From Paragordius varius (Eukaryota; Animalia; Nematomorpha): a DNA stretch of 64,000 bases. The stretch is from positions 10,850,001 to 10,914,000 of the forward strand of contig OZ176052.1 in the NCBI GenBank assembly GCA_964247055.1, in the 5' to 3' direction. A program made the translations under genes and the position numbers. Below, in pieces: positions 52,339 through 63,278 of the stretch; within the stretch, counting starts at the first letter, position 1, and each line of letters starts with the position of its first letter. Below the pieces are notes generated by a model that had not been told where the DNA came from, made no database searches, and worked only from the letters and a program-made list of their open reading frames with translations.

Positions 52339-55300
52339 TTAATTTTTGATTGTCAAAGTTTGTTGCTCTAGTGTTGGGGCGAAATTATTTTTTGGTTTAG
52401 TGATAATTAAAGTTTGTTGTTTTGGTAGTATTACAAAAGATTTAGAACCTTGATCATTTTCATTATTCATATTATTACTATTTTTATACTGACTAAAGAT
52501 GCCTGTAGCCAAAATAACAGGCGAAGAGTGTCTGGAAAGATTGGAAGTTCTATGTGGGGACGATACTTTTCCAGCTTTAGTGACAACTATTTCAGGGTTA
52601 CTTTTGCGGTTAAACCGAGCAATTTTATCGCGCACGTTAGAACCGGAAATACCAACTGCTTTATTCAAACTCCTGATTTCATCATAGGTTTTAATTGTGC
52701 TAAACTTGCTTTTTGATAAATCATGGTTACCCCTCTCTGCCCTCAGCAAGATTGGATTGTTTAAAACAAGATTATTGCTTTTATCTTTATATTCTAAGTA
52801 TCTATCATCATCGGTATTTGTTTCGTTAGTGTCATTGCAATTAATATTGCCACGATTTTTTCCATGACTGACATGGACCGGCTGATGCTTATGTTTATAA
52901 CGCTTGAAATGGGCCAAGGAACAATTGTGCCCAGGCTTTGGGTCAATGGTAACATGGCCCCATTTCGGATCAATTTTTGTCACCATATCTTCTTCATTAT
53001 CGAGTCCGATGATGCCATTCCCAGCAAATGAGTCATCATTTGTTTTAAAGTCTGCGATATTGGCATGCTCATAAATGACATCATTTTCATAATTGTCAGA
53101 ATTTATGTTTTCGTTGCTATGGAAATGTTGTAATTCATCATTTGAAAAAGAATTGGTATTATGGTGTGTTCCATTGAGGTAACCCCCACGTTCCCATACA
53201 TACTTTTGATACTGATTGTCTATATTAATATTATTAAAAACTGCATGATTGTTTGTTTCGTTTTGAAACCGATTAGATAAAATTTCTTTCTTCGTATTTT
53301 TGTAAGCGGGCAAGTCAATATTCACTGTTTTTTGGCGAGTAGTACAAGTGTGTACAACATTGTTATCATTATTAATATTATGGTAAGGTGAATATATATT
53401 ATAGGCAGACGATACGTCTTTTTCATTTTCAAACGATAATTGCGTACTCGGTGACGATAAAAGACTGGACGAATAATTGTTGCGAAGATGGCGTGCTGAA
53501 TTGGAATCTCTTATTTCCGTTTCCGTTAACCTGCGCTGATAAGGTTCGTCCGTGACACTTAATTGATTATTATCATTTGATCGGATGTTTGACATGGAAT
53601 CCCTACCATCTCCATTTTCTCCATTATTATTGTTCTTATTAAACCGTGATTGTTTTAGCCGGCGTCTGTGCTGCTTATGCAAATAACGGGCTTTATTATC
53701 AACGTCCAAAGCCAAGCAATGAGAATCCATGTTTGTGGGCAATTCACCGACGGGTTTAGCGGATAAAATGACTGAGCTATCGCCTCGACCTGAATCGTAC
53801 CCACCGCTAATTGATTTTGCGTCAGGGCGAATTGGGAAATCTTTGCAAGTATCATTATCACTTTTATTAGGCTTGGTACCATTCATATTGAGGTAAAAAA
53901 CGCGATGTAATGATTTGGGTGGTTTGGGCCGTAGCAAACATGTGTTTTGACAATCCGTATTCTCTTTTTGACTTTTATCGTAGGTATATTTATTAGATTG
54001 CACATTGGATGGAAGTATAGAAATTTCTTGTGGTTGAAAATGACAACGATAAAAATCATCTCCATTAGGACATGAGTGTGTCATGATATCTAGCGGTAAC
54101 TGATTATGGGTATCATGGCCTAAACTTTTATTTCTGGCTTTGGGTGATGGCGGTAGCTTTGTGTTCATGTTTGTGTATACCCAATCATTGTTGATGACAT
54201 AGATGTTTTGGGAGACAGATGGATTGGAGGTAGGGCTACTTGATATATTTTTGGGTTTATCCATGAAATTTGCCATATTTTCATGGCTTGCATCAAATGT
54301 ACTGTTGGCGCAAATGGGTTGTTGAAGATAATGTATTTGTTGAGCTATATTATCACAGTTATCGGTTTGATGGGTGTTTTGAATATTAGCGCAAGGAATG
54401 GATTCATGATTATCATTCTTAATATCCTGATCCCCAAGTTCGCAATGTTTTAAGATTTTTGATATATGGTTTACATTATTATCTTGAAAATTGAAATCGA
54501 TCATATTTTTATTGTTGAAATTATTATAAACTGGTAATGAATTGGACTTCCCAACTTTGTGTTCGGTGGTCGTAGAGCCAGGTAAATATATTAACCTTTC
54601 ATGTTTTGTAGTTTTAGGCGTTATATTTTTTGATTTGTTTAGAATACTATTGCTGTCATTTGTTAAATTAATATAATGTGTTTGAAGTAAAACCGCGGCA
54701 TTTTTAATTTTTGGTTGCTCCATCGCTCTTTGTTGCTGTTTTATGGTAACGTATGCTTTAGGTTGCGTGTTTGTATTGTAGGTGGTAGTTTTTGTTATTT
54801 GTGGAGAAGAATTAAATGAGTCAAATTTTTTTAAAGCTTTAAATCGATCAGAGTGACTACTTTTACCATTCATTTCCTCGTCCGCTTCGCCATTATCGGA
54901 AATTATTAGGGCTTTGGTGCTTGTTGTGAGGCCTTTTTTATCGCCTATTGATTTCATTGCTAAACTGTTAACATTGAAAGGGCCAAGACCATTTTTCAGT
55001 CTGTTGGTATCGATAGGTGACGTGGCATTTTGATTACCATTACGGATCCAAATTTTAGCTATTTCATTTGTGGTACAGTTAGCGCCAATATTTGCATCAA
55101 CCGAGTGTTGCCGATTTGAAAGATCAGGACTTACAGGGCCATTTTCCTCCCAATCATAAAGATGGTCATCTGTTATACCAAGTCGCATCATCCAATCATT
55201 GAAAAGATTGGAAATAACTTTGTAATCAGGTACGTCATAGTAATCAGTGAGTTCTGTCAAGTATTGGTATAAAAAGAAAAGTTCGATAAAAGTGTTTGAT

Positions 55301-56259
55301 GACGTGTTGTTGCAGTGTAAATCGGTGTTTGACCTGTATCGCCTTTTAGTATCCGAGTTTGGGGGATTGACAAGCAATTCATAAAAGTTACAATGTTCTT
55401 TCAATCTAGCCACCTGATCTTTATCCTTTATTTTGCGCCAAGGGAGATAACCCAAACTTAACTCCACCAACACATAGAAAAATGACCACATGTCATCGAC
55501 CCGACACAAATCTTTGTTTTTGTGAGCATTCAAAGAGGCATATCTAACCGTGCCTCGGAAGCCTGCCGCAGACCTTGGAGCTCGTGGTTTCCCAGTAACA
55601 TCGGTGTATTGGCGTGACAGACCGAAATCTAACGCATATATAGTTTTATCTCTGGCATATGTTTTATCGCTTTTCCTAGGCCAAGATGATAAAGAATCAA
55701 AAAGAGTGGAATCCGATGAAATGGCGAAATTAGATGGTTTTATATCACGATGTAGAAATCCGGCTTCGTGGATACTTTCGATAGCCTTAAGAATTTGTTT
55801 AGCAACCAGAACCACTGTTTCTGGACTGAAGCAACATCCAGGTCTTAGACGTCGTAATTGTGCCAAGTTTTTCCCTTTAAGTGACATCACCATATAACTG
55901 TATCGTTCATTACGACCGCATCCATAAAGCTTACAAAAATTTGGTTTATTTTGAAGTCTTTTAAGCACATAAACCTCCATTTTGAGAACCTGCTTTGAGG
56001 GAGCAAGGGGCATTAAAAAATCATTGGGAATATTTTTGGGATGACTAGATAAGCACACCAATGGTTCAATTTTAATAGCAACCCGTTGATTTGACTGATC
56101 GCTAAGATCAATAGCTTCGTATATGTCACCAAATCCTCCTCCGCCAATTTTACGAATAATTTTCCACCGATCTTTAACGATTTCCCCGCTGTTAACTTCC
56201 ATTAAACTGTTGATTTTTAATTTTCTTTTACCATCGCTTATATAATCATGCGTTTCCAT
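52339..56259 (-). CDS. TTBK: Tau-tubulin kinase (CK1 group), apparently intronless, ~1306 aa from ATG 56259 (1343 aa from 56370)
   Basis: Motifs VKDRWKIIRKIGGGGFGDIYEA, KQVLKMEV, HRDIKPSNFA, DFGLSRQY, AGFRGTVRYAS, DDMWS; long low-complexity tail. Confidence 0.92.
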   Translation of the reverse strand: METHDYISDGKRKLKINSLMEVNSGEIVKDRWKIIRKIGGGGFGDIYEAIDLSDQSNQRVAIKIEPLVCLSSHPKNIPNDFLMPLAPSKQVLKMEVYVLKRLQNKPNFCKLYGCGRNERYSYMVMSLKGKNLAQLRRLRPGCCFSPETVVLVAKQILKAIESIHEAGFLHRDIKPSNFAISSDSTLFDSLSSWPRKSDKTYARDKTIYALDFGLSRQYTDVTGKPRAPRSAAGFRGTVRYASLNAHKNKDLCRVDDMWSFFYVLVELSLGYLPWRKIKDKDQVARLKEHCNFYELLVNPPNSDTKRRYRSNTDLHCNNTSSNTFIELFFLYQYLTELTDYYDVPDYKVISNLFNDWMMRLGITDDHLYDWEENGPVSPDLSNRQHSVDANIGANCTTNEIAKIWIRNGNQNATSPIDTNRLKNGLGPFNVNSLAMKSIGDKKGLTTSTKALIISDNGEADEEMNGKSSHSDRFKALKKFDSFNSSPQITKTTTYNTNTQPKAYVTIKQQQRAMEQPKIKNAAVLLQTHYINLTNDSNSILNKSKNITPKTTKHERLIYLPGSTTTEHKVGKSNSLPVYNNFNNKNMIDFNFQDNNVNHISKILKHCELGDQDIKNDNHESIPCANIQNTHQTDNCDNIAQQIHYLQQPICANSTFDASHENMANFMDKPKNISSSPTSNPSVSQNIYVINNDWVYTNMNTKLPPSPKARNKSLGHDTHNQLPLDIMTHSCPNGDDFYRCHFQPQEISILPSNVQSNKYTYDKSQKENTDCQNTCLLRPKPPKSLHRVFYLNMNGTKPNKSDNDTCKDFPIRPDAKSISGGYDSGRGDSSVILSAKPVGELPTNMDSHCLALDVDNKARYLHKQHRRRLKQSRFNKNNNNGENGDGRDSMSNIRSNDNNQLSVTDEPYQRRLTETEIRDSNSARHLRNNYSSSLLSSPSTQLSFENEKDVSSAYNIYSPYHNINNDNNVVHTCTTRQKTVNIDLPAYKNTKKEILSNRFQNETNNHAVFNNINIDNQYQKYVWERGGYLNGTHHNTNSFSNDELQHFHSNENINSDNYENDVIYEHANIADFKTNDDSFAGNGIIGLDNEEDMVTKIDPKWGHVTIDPKPGHNCSLAHFKRYKHKHQPVHVSHGKNRGNINCNDTNETNTDDDRYLEYKDKSNNLVLNNPILLRAERGNHDLSKSKFSTIKTYDEIRSLNKAVGISGSNVRDKIARFNRKSNPEIVVTKAGKVSSPHRTSNLSRHSSPVILATGIFSQYKNSNNMNNENDQGSKSFVILPKQQTLIITKPKNNFAPTLEQQTLTIKN

Positions 56260-56462
56260 TTTTAAAGCTTCATAGTTATTGGAATATAAAGGTGGTACAC
56301 AAGAATACTTTTCCAAAAAGAAAAAATTGTTATTTTGCACATTATAACAGGGATTCGTATCAATTATCATTTATTTTAAATAAATAAAAAAAAATAATTT
56401 TCAAAGTCAAATCTTAACACACCTGCTTTTTAGGATGCGTGAATCACATATGTATATATAAT

Positions 56463-57912
56463 TTATGAATTTATTGCTGTATTTAATGCAATAAAAGAAT
56501 ATATTATACCAATTGTACCGAATAACATTCCAAATATAATGATTGACAATTCAAAATAAAAAAATTTCGTGGACAATGTTTTTCCCTTTAATTTTATGTG
56601 AAAGTAGCATGGCCAAACAAAAGATAAAAGCGTGCCGGTAAAGCAGCCAATAAGTCCCATTAAATTGTTAAAATATGGTATCATAACTGCCATAATTAAT
56701 GTTATAGCAATGAGAAATAATCTCAAAAGTATTGCCCAATTTTTAAATTTAAGTCCATTTAAATCCATGCATGAAGGAAATCTTTCATTATTAAAAAATG
56801 ACGTTTCAATTAATTCGGCCGCTGCAAAATAGGGCAGTGGGTATGAAAACAACGCCTTGCATACCAAAATAAAATTTACTAACATTTTAATCTTCAAATT
56901 TTCTAAATTGTTGGTGATGACTTCTTGAGTGTATAGTCCATATGTCACATAGCCAATATACCTAATATTACTATATATTTTACCCAAATAAGGCTTTGAA
57001 TAAAGCAGCAGCAATGTGGCTCCATTTTAACATAGGTTTGAAGTCTTCATTATGACTCAAGTTCCCTTCTAACGCTGGTAGGAACATATGAGATGTATAA
57101 CTAAAAACGATAACGCCCATAGAAACAGGAAAGTTCCATATATCAATTTTAAATTTTACATCCCGCCAATGCCAGTATTGTATTTTTAACACGCAATAAA
57201 CAATAACGATTATATTGATGAGTAAATGAACAATAGTACATGCAAAACTGAATCTCGATATCCCTGTCAGAGTTTTGATAAAGGCACATGGAATGAGGCA
57301 CAAACAACATAATGACATCCATGATACAGAGGACAATTTAACATATGGCAGAGCACCTTTCATAAGATCCCCGCACAAAACTACATATAGGATACATGTC
57401 ATAAGTAGTTCAATTAGTTGCGCCCCATTAACCACTATACTACCCCAAGTTTTTCCCCATACGGCTTGAGATATTGCCACATAACTGTTTCGTATCCTGT
57501 AATTAACGGCTACCTGAGATCTTTGTTCACAAGCTACATTGTTGTAATTAATTACTGGTCGCATTACTGTTTCTTCACGGGTTTCATATAAGCATTCAAT
57601 CAATATACAGCCCGTATAGTAACATATATAGGCTGCAAAGACCATAGCTAGTATTGCCCAATAACCGCCATTTAATACAGCATACGGCAGGCTAACGATG
57701 AACATTCCCTATGAAAAATATAAAAACGGAATGATTTTGATCATTATGAGTGGTTTAGAAAGCAGTATTACCTGAATAGCGTTCGTTACATTCCATCCTG
57801 CTTGCCAGGGTGTTATTTGGTTGCCCGGAATATCTCTATTTGTCCAAGTTGTATCCCTCCTTTCCAATTTTCCTTTTGCTCTTGTTGGCGGAAACGGTAA
57901 ATCTTCTACCAT
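56463..57912 (-). CDS. SLC32A1: Vesicular inhibitory amino acid (GABA/glycine) transporter
   Basis: Exons 57912-57772, 57708-56984, 56961-56463 (introns 63 and 22 nt). Motifs WQAGWNVTNAIQGMF, ELLMTCILYVVLCG, FSYTSHMFLPALEGN, KALFSYPLPYFAA. Confidence 0.92.
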
Positions 57913-59619
57913 TGGCTTTAGTTAGTGCTAAAGGTACAAATAAAATTATGTTTTACTCTTTTTTGTTTTTCATATTATTAAAACAGAGAATGAGATTCAC
58001 TAACTCCAATTTACTTAATGGATTCCTTCATATTTTAATAATATCCTTAAAAGTAATGATTTTTGGATATATGGCAAAACAGTTAAGAATACACTGTTGT
58101 AAAATAAATTTAATAAAGTGTCGTGACATTTTAATTAAAATAAAATATTAATGTTTATATTTGTTTCCATAAAAGTTATAGTGCGCCTCATATATTGTGT
58201 GCGAAAAACTTTATTGATTGCTTTAATGGATGTTAACGCTTCTCTAAATAGTTAATGGCGTAGAAAATAAAAATATTAATTTTATTTAATTCATATTTAT
58301 TTGGAAATTTGGCACTTCAAAAACTATTGTTGATATAAAAAAGTAATTAAAACTATTTACTAGAAGTGGTGTATTAATAAATTTATTTCATCGTCATCTT
58401 GATTTTAAAGTTTTATAAAATATATAATTAACCGCTTGCCGAATATATTATTTATATTTTTGGTTTCTAAAGACCAATATTTATCCATACTCACAATAAA
58501 TATTTTAACAATTATCTTGTTATATAATAGTTATTAAGGGGGAAATTATAGGGTTAGAGACCAGCCATGTTTATTTTTTGTATATTTTGATTGTTAGGTC
58601 CCGTCATTTGTTAAAAATCGTCATTCGATTTTAAGATACCATTATTTTCATGTCTTACATATTTTATAAAAAATTAATATATTCTTTTTTAGATGTCTTA
58701 ATGTTTTGGGCGAAAATATATTGAACATTTAATATAATATTGTAAAAGAGATCGAAACAATTTTAAAAGTGGTAAAAAACACCAAACTATTTTATGATTA
58801 ATATCGATAAATGAATGATATGTATAACACCGTCTATTTGTTTGTTAGGTATGAGTTAAAATATTTTGAAATAAAATTGGCATTTCAAATATAAACGTTT
58901 TTGTATTATTATAGCTCATAATATTTTTGCTATTTTAAAAAAGACCCACCCTATTTAAATCTTTCATCTTATCCTCATTTTGTTAATGGCTTCTAATAAC
59001 TAAACTAAATAAATCACATGTAAAAAGGGGTTAATTTGTCATTAAAAATATTCAAAATTAGGGCTATTGAAATTTTTAATATATTTATATAAATATATAT
59101 AATGCCTATTTGCCTATATATAATTTCTTCGTACTGATCAATGCTTAATCAGATACGATTTAAAATATTTGATCAAGATTGCCTATAGAAATATTATAGA
59201 TCATAAGATAAAAAATATCTGATAAAACTGGTACATCGGAAGTACTGCTTTAAAAAATTGATAAACACTTTCCGATATGATTCGATTCCGCTAAAATTAT
59301 ATCACTTTCCCTAAGAATTTTGATTCAAAAAATTTTTAAGAAGCCACAATTGCGTCTTTTTCGTCCCTAGGACTGGATCTATTAAAACTTTTCTAGGCTA
59401 AAAATATTTATTGAATTAAATGTAAATTACTTGTTTATAGTTTTTTAATAAAGCGGTTACTTTTGATATATTTTTCCTTAAATTTGAATTACAATTTAGC
59501 TTAACTTTCTTTTTAAAAGAAAACAAATATACAAAAATATATATTAAATATATAGAATTTTGCGACGATTTTTATGAAATGTAGGCTCATTCGGATTAAA
59601 TAGAAAAATTTATTCATGT

Positions 59620-60290
59620 TTTATAGAAATGCGCCGAACATGATCAGCTCAATATAAATTAGCCCCTGTATATTCCGTTAAATGGCACCTTTTGCAAAAA
59701 CACTATCCAAAAAATAAAGTTTAAACTATTTTTTTCCCTAATTTATGAGATTATCAAACAATACCCAATATATCAAACAAACTTAGCCCATCGCTTTTTG
59801 GAAAACGCCGCTGTATAGGACTTTACCATCTATAAAATACGACATCAGGCCAACATATGGTGGCTTTGAAGCAATTTTCTTTTAAGTCATTAGACTAGAT
59901 AAAGTCAATTATGAATTTAGGTATTTCCCTAAGGACAAAATAAAATAATAGGCCCTATTATGTTAAATATGCCATCATTTAAAATTAACTTGGTTTTGAC
60001 GCAATTTGAAACTTATGAGCCTGCATTTCATGCATAAAGACATAACTTTATCGCTTTTTATATTAACGAACAAGGACCCTATGTTAAATATGCCACCATA
60101 AAAAAATAGCGTGGATTTGGAGCAACTTTTGGAGAATCTATGAGACTATATGGAATCAATTATTGTTTTTTGGTTTTTCCCATATGGCGAAAATTTTAAT
60201 GAACTGCCAATTAGCCCATACGATCCTATCCTATGTTAAACAGGCCACCATATTAAGTTGATGTGGCTTGGAAACTTCGGTAAAATACCA
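59620..60290. repeat. Diverged family B-related element with short internal repeats
   Basis: GCGCCGAACATGATCAGCT and ATGAGACTATATGGAATCAAT match family B. CCTATGTTAAA(T/C)A(T/G)GCCA(C/T)CAT recurs near 59955, 60078 and 60230. Confidence 0.55.
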
Positions 60291-60322
60291 TATATTATCA
60301 ATAATCTTTTTTTTATATAAAG

Positions 60323-60557
60323 CAAGGGTCCAACACGCGGCCCTCCGAGACTTTATGTGGAGCCAGAAAAGTTTTTGAACTCCATACTGTGCAAAAATAT
60401 GCTCACAAATTTTACTAAAAATGATATTTATTAGACAATTTTTTGTAAGTCTGTATAATTGTTATATTGTGTTTCCTTTTTACAGTCTTATAATTAAAAT
60501 CCAAAATATTATTAATAAATGCCCATGCCCGCGAAGCAATTAGTATTGGACACCCTG
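60323..60557. mobile_element. Small hAT Buster-like MITE (235 bp)
   Basis: Ends CAAGGGTCCAACAC and GTATTGGACACCCTG; CGGCCC/GCCCGCG motifs; flanks ATATAAAG / GTATAACA. Confidence 0.6.
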
Positions 60558-61691
60558 GTATAACAAAAAATTCTAGCTGGATGCTTTCTTAACTAGTCTA
60601 TGGCTAGAGCGACCCCGGATGTTAGCTCCAACTATATTATTTTCGGAAATTGTTTCCATAAGTTTTTAATAATATTTTTTTGTATCATTCTAAAGGCAAA
60701 TTTTTTAGCAAGAGCTGTTTTAAAAATGTATAGCAAAAGCCCCACCCGAAGAAATAAAGCACTAAAATATATAAGGAATTTTGGTTCATAATCATTTAAA
60801 ATGAGCTATATATATTTAAAAATATTGTAAGCATATTACGAGCTTGACCATTATCCAACAAAATTTGTGTAATCGGAACCATACGCAAAAAATTATTGGT
60901 TAGAACAGCAACTGAAAACGAAATTCGATATCCTTATATATAGCCATTCAAAATACAAATCTTTTATGGACTTTAAGTAGCGGTATTTCCAAATCGTCAA
61001 AACAGTTAACGTTTTTACGGTTTTAATATCCAGTTTTGCTGTAAGAAATTATGATAAAAAATTATTACCATTTTCGGAGAATTATGTTTAACGGTATATT
61101 TTTTGAAATTATAGAATAAATAAAATGTAACAAACATAATGTGTCGGTCGCATTATTATCATGTAAAAATTAAAAATTATTATTGCCAGAATTTATTTTA
61201 GGTATATTCATAAAATACGTTTATATTGAATACTATTCGTAATAACAATTAACCGGTTTTTTGGAAAAGACCTTCGACGCCAAAACTTAATTATAATTAT
61301 ATGTTTACTTATTTCAATAATCTAATTAAATACTGATAATAATTAATAGAGTGCAAAAATGGTTTATGAAAAAATATAATTATTTTTATTTACTTAAAGT
61401 ATTTTTTTGGTAATTAAAACCTGCAATCGTTACCTTTAATATCATTACACAAATAGTAAGTCATATTTTTATATTAGCTTATACCTTAAAATATAAAAAC
61501 AATAAAATATTATAATTAGTGATATATGTCACATTTTACGTGTAAAAAATGTTTTTATCCGTTGCTTGTATCCTATCTAATTATAATCATAATATTTGCC
61601 ATAAACTATAAGGTAAATAATTAAATACCAAATTTCGGATCCAATAATATCTATGTATATTATTGAATATTTGTTTATGCATATTTTGTAG

Positions 61692-62744
61692 GGAAAATTC
61701 AAAAAGTTCCATTACTTATTAGGATGGTTTAACACATCTACTCAAACTCTGTTTGATGTGGAAAGAAATCGATGGAAGACGCAATGTTTAATGAAAACCT
61801 TTACTCTACAAATTAAATCAGATCATCCACTTAACAACATTCAAGAACAATGGTATCTGAAAAAGACATGCCAAGGTATTCGTAATTTAAGCTTAACAAC
61901 GCTCGAACATTTAATAGTGAATCATGAAAGCAAATCCGTCATATGTTTTGTGCCAAAAGTGGGAACTACTCGATGGAAACAATTGTTTTGGGCACTAAAA
62001 CTTTGGTATGCTGACCTCAAAAACATAAAAAATGGCATGAATCATTTACCATTCTCACATTATTTGGATCGGATAAATGTTAGTATGGTTCATGAACGTC
62101 AACATTTCACATTTTTGTCGGATTACGTGAATAATAATGTAACGCACGCAAACGATATTTTAAACAATTATTTCAAATTTATGTTTGTACGTGAACCGTT
62201 TGAAAGACTGTTGTCAGCGTATCTCGATAAATTTGGCCAAGGTACAAATGAATATTTTTCCCGTGCTTTTGGAAAGTATATAGCCACGGCAAATCATAAA
62301 ACATTACATAGTAGTAATCTAGTGAATAGTAGTCTGGCCCATAAGGATACAATTATCACATTTTCGGATTTCATCAATTTTGTTTTAGATGATAAAACAT
62401 TGCATTCTACCTATCTCATGAATGAGCATTGGAATCCGGCGTGGTCATTATGTCAGCCGTGTGTCATAGATTATGATTATGTTGGTTTTAGCGATAACAT
62501 AGAAAAGGATTCAAGCAATGTCTTACCGTATTTACTTAAAAATGGTGGACAAAAATTACCCATGAATATGGATACTAGTTTCCCCAAAGATTATTTTGTT
62601 ATCCGCAATCAAACGCGCCTAGCTATGCCAAAATTTTATAAAACTCTGTCCTACACACAAATTATAAAGTTATATCAATTGTATAGAATGGATTACGAAT
62701 ACTTTGGCTTTGATATGAATAAAATACTCAGATACATTATTTAA
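61692..62744 (+). CDS. Carbohydrate sulfotransferase (CHST11/13/14-like, Sulfotransfer_2), 3' coding exon
   Basis: Acceptor TTGTAG at 61691 opens the frame. PAPS-binding motifs CFVPKVGTTRWK and FVREPFERLLSAY; NEHW..AWSLCQPC.IDYDYVG. The upstream transmembrane exon was not located. Confidence 0.87.
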   Translation, partial: GKFKKFHYLLGWFNTSTQTLFDVERNRWKTQCLMKTFTLQIKSDHPLNNIQEQWYLKKTCQGIRNLSLTTLEHLIVNHESKSVICFVPKVGTTRWKQLFWALKLWYADLKNIKNGMNHLPFSHYLDRINVSMVHERQHFTFLSDYVNNNVTHANDILNNYFKFMFVREPFERLLSAYLDKFGQGTNEYFSRAFGKYIATANHKTLHSSNLVNSSLAHKDTIITFSDFINFVLDDKTLHSTYLMNEHWNPAWSLCQPCVIDYDYVGFSDNIEKDSSNVLPYLLKNGGQKLPMNMDTSFPKDYFVIRNQTRLAMPKFYKTLSYTQIIKLYQLYRMDYEYFGFDMNKILRYII

Positions 62745-63278
62745 ATGGTGATTATCCATACTATATTTAAACATTTGATAGTTAAATAAATACAATCTGA
62801 ATAAAATACATGTTAGTTTTTTTGTTAAATATTGCCAGTAAAGAGATTGGCTATGCAAGAAAAAGCGAAAAACACATTTTTCTATATATGAATACAAATA
62901 AAAACATTTTTAGTTAATAATATCGCTCTTTTTGCAATGCTATCAAATTTGAAAAAACTAGCAATGCATTTTCATTTATATTATTTAGTAGAACATCTAT
63001 GAAACTTGAAATTATCATTAAATTTTGACAACACTTGGTGTTCTAACAAAATTATTAGTTTAGAAAAAACCGAGATTTTCAATTACACTGGAAAATAAAC
63101 CCCCCAAAACATTTTATATTTATTAGATTGCCTAAACGTTTTGCCCAAGGCTTTACTTAATCCGTAATTTGACAATCATTTTACAAATATATATATATAT
63201 ATATATTCATATACAAGGAATGCATTTATTTCAAAAGACTGTGTTTAATAATTTTATTAAAAAAATATGATCTAATTT

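Noticed and set aside
55995-56060. In-frame 66-nt GT-AG segment in the first TTBK kinase insert
   Set aside because: Splicing would remove the conserved Lys of KQVLKMEV, and there is no frameshift to repair.
7221-56832. Numerous 60-130 aa ORFs antisense to or overlapping real genes or MITEs
   Set aside because: They are shadow ORFs of coding strands or repeats with no independent motifs.
56971-56983. Alternative 13-nt VGAT intron (GTAAAATATATAG)
   Set aside because: It restores the frame but adds three residues relative to homologs and is implausibly short; 22 nt gives an ungapped alignment.
60600-60791. 63-aa ORF as the first CHST exon
   Set aside because: No convincing phase-0 donor links it to 61692; left unassigned.
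61094-61114. 21-nt GT...AG segment upstream of CHST
   Set aside because: No coherent reading frame is produced, and such motifs arise by chance in AT-rich DNA.
42065-62744. Functional cluster of glycosaminoglycan genes (HPSE and CHST)
   Set aside because: They are ~16 kb apart with unrelated genes between them; chance is sufficient.
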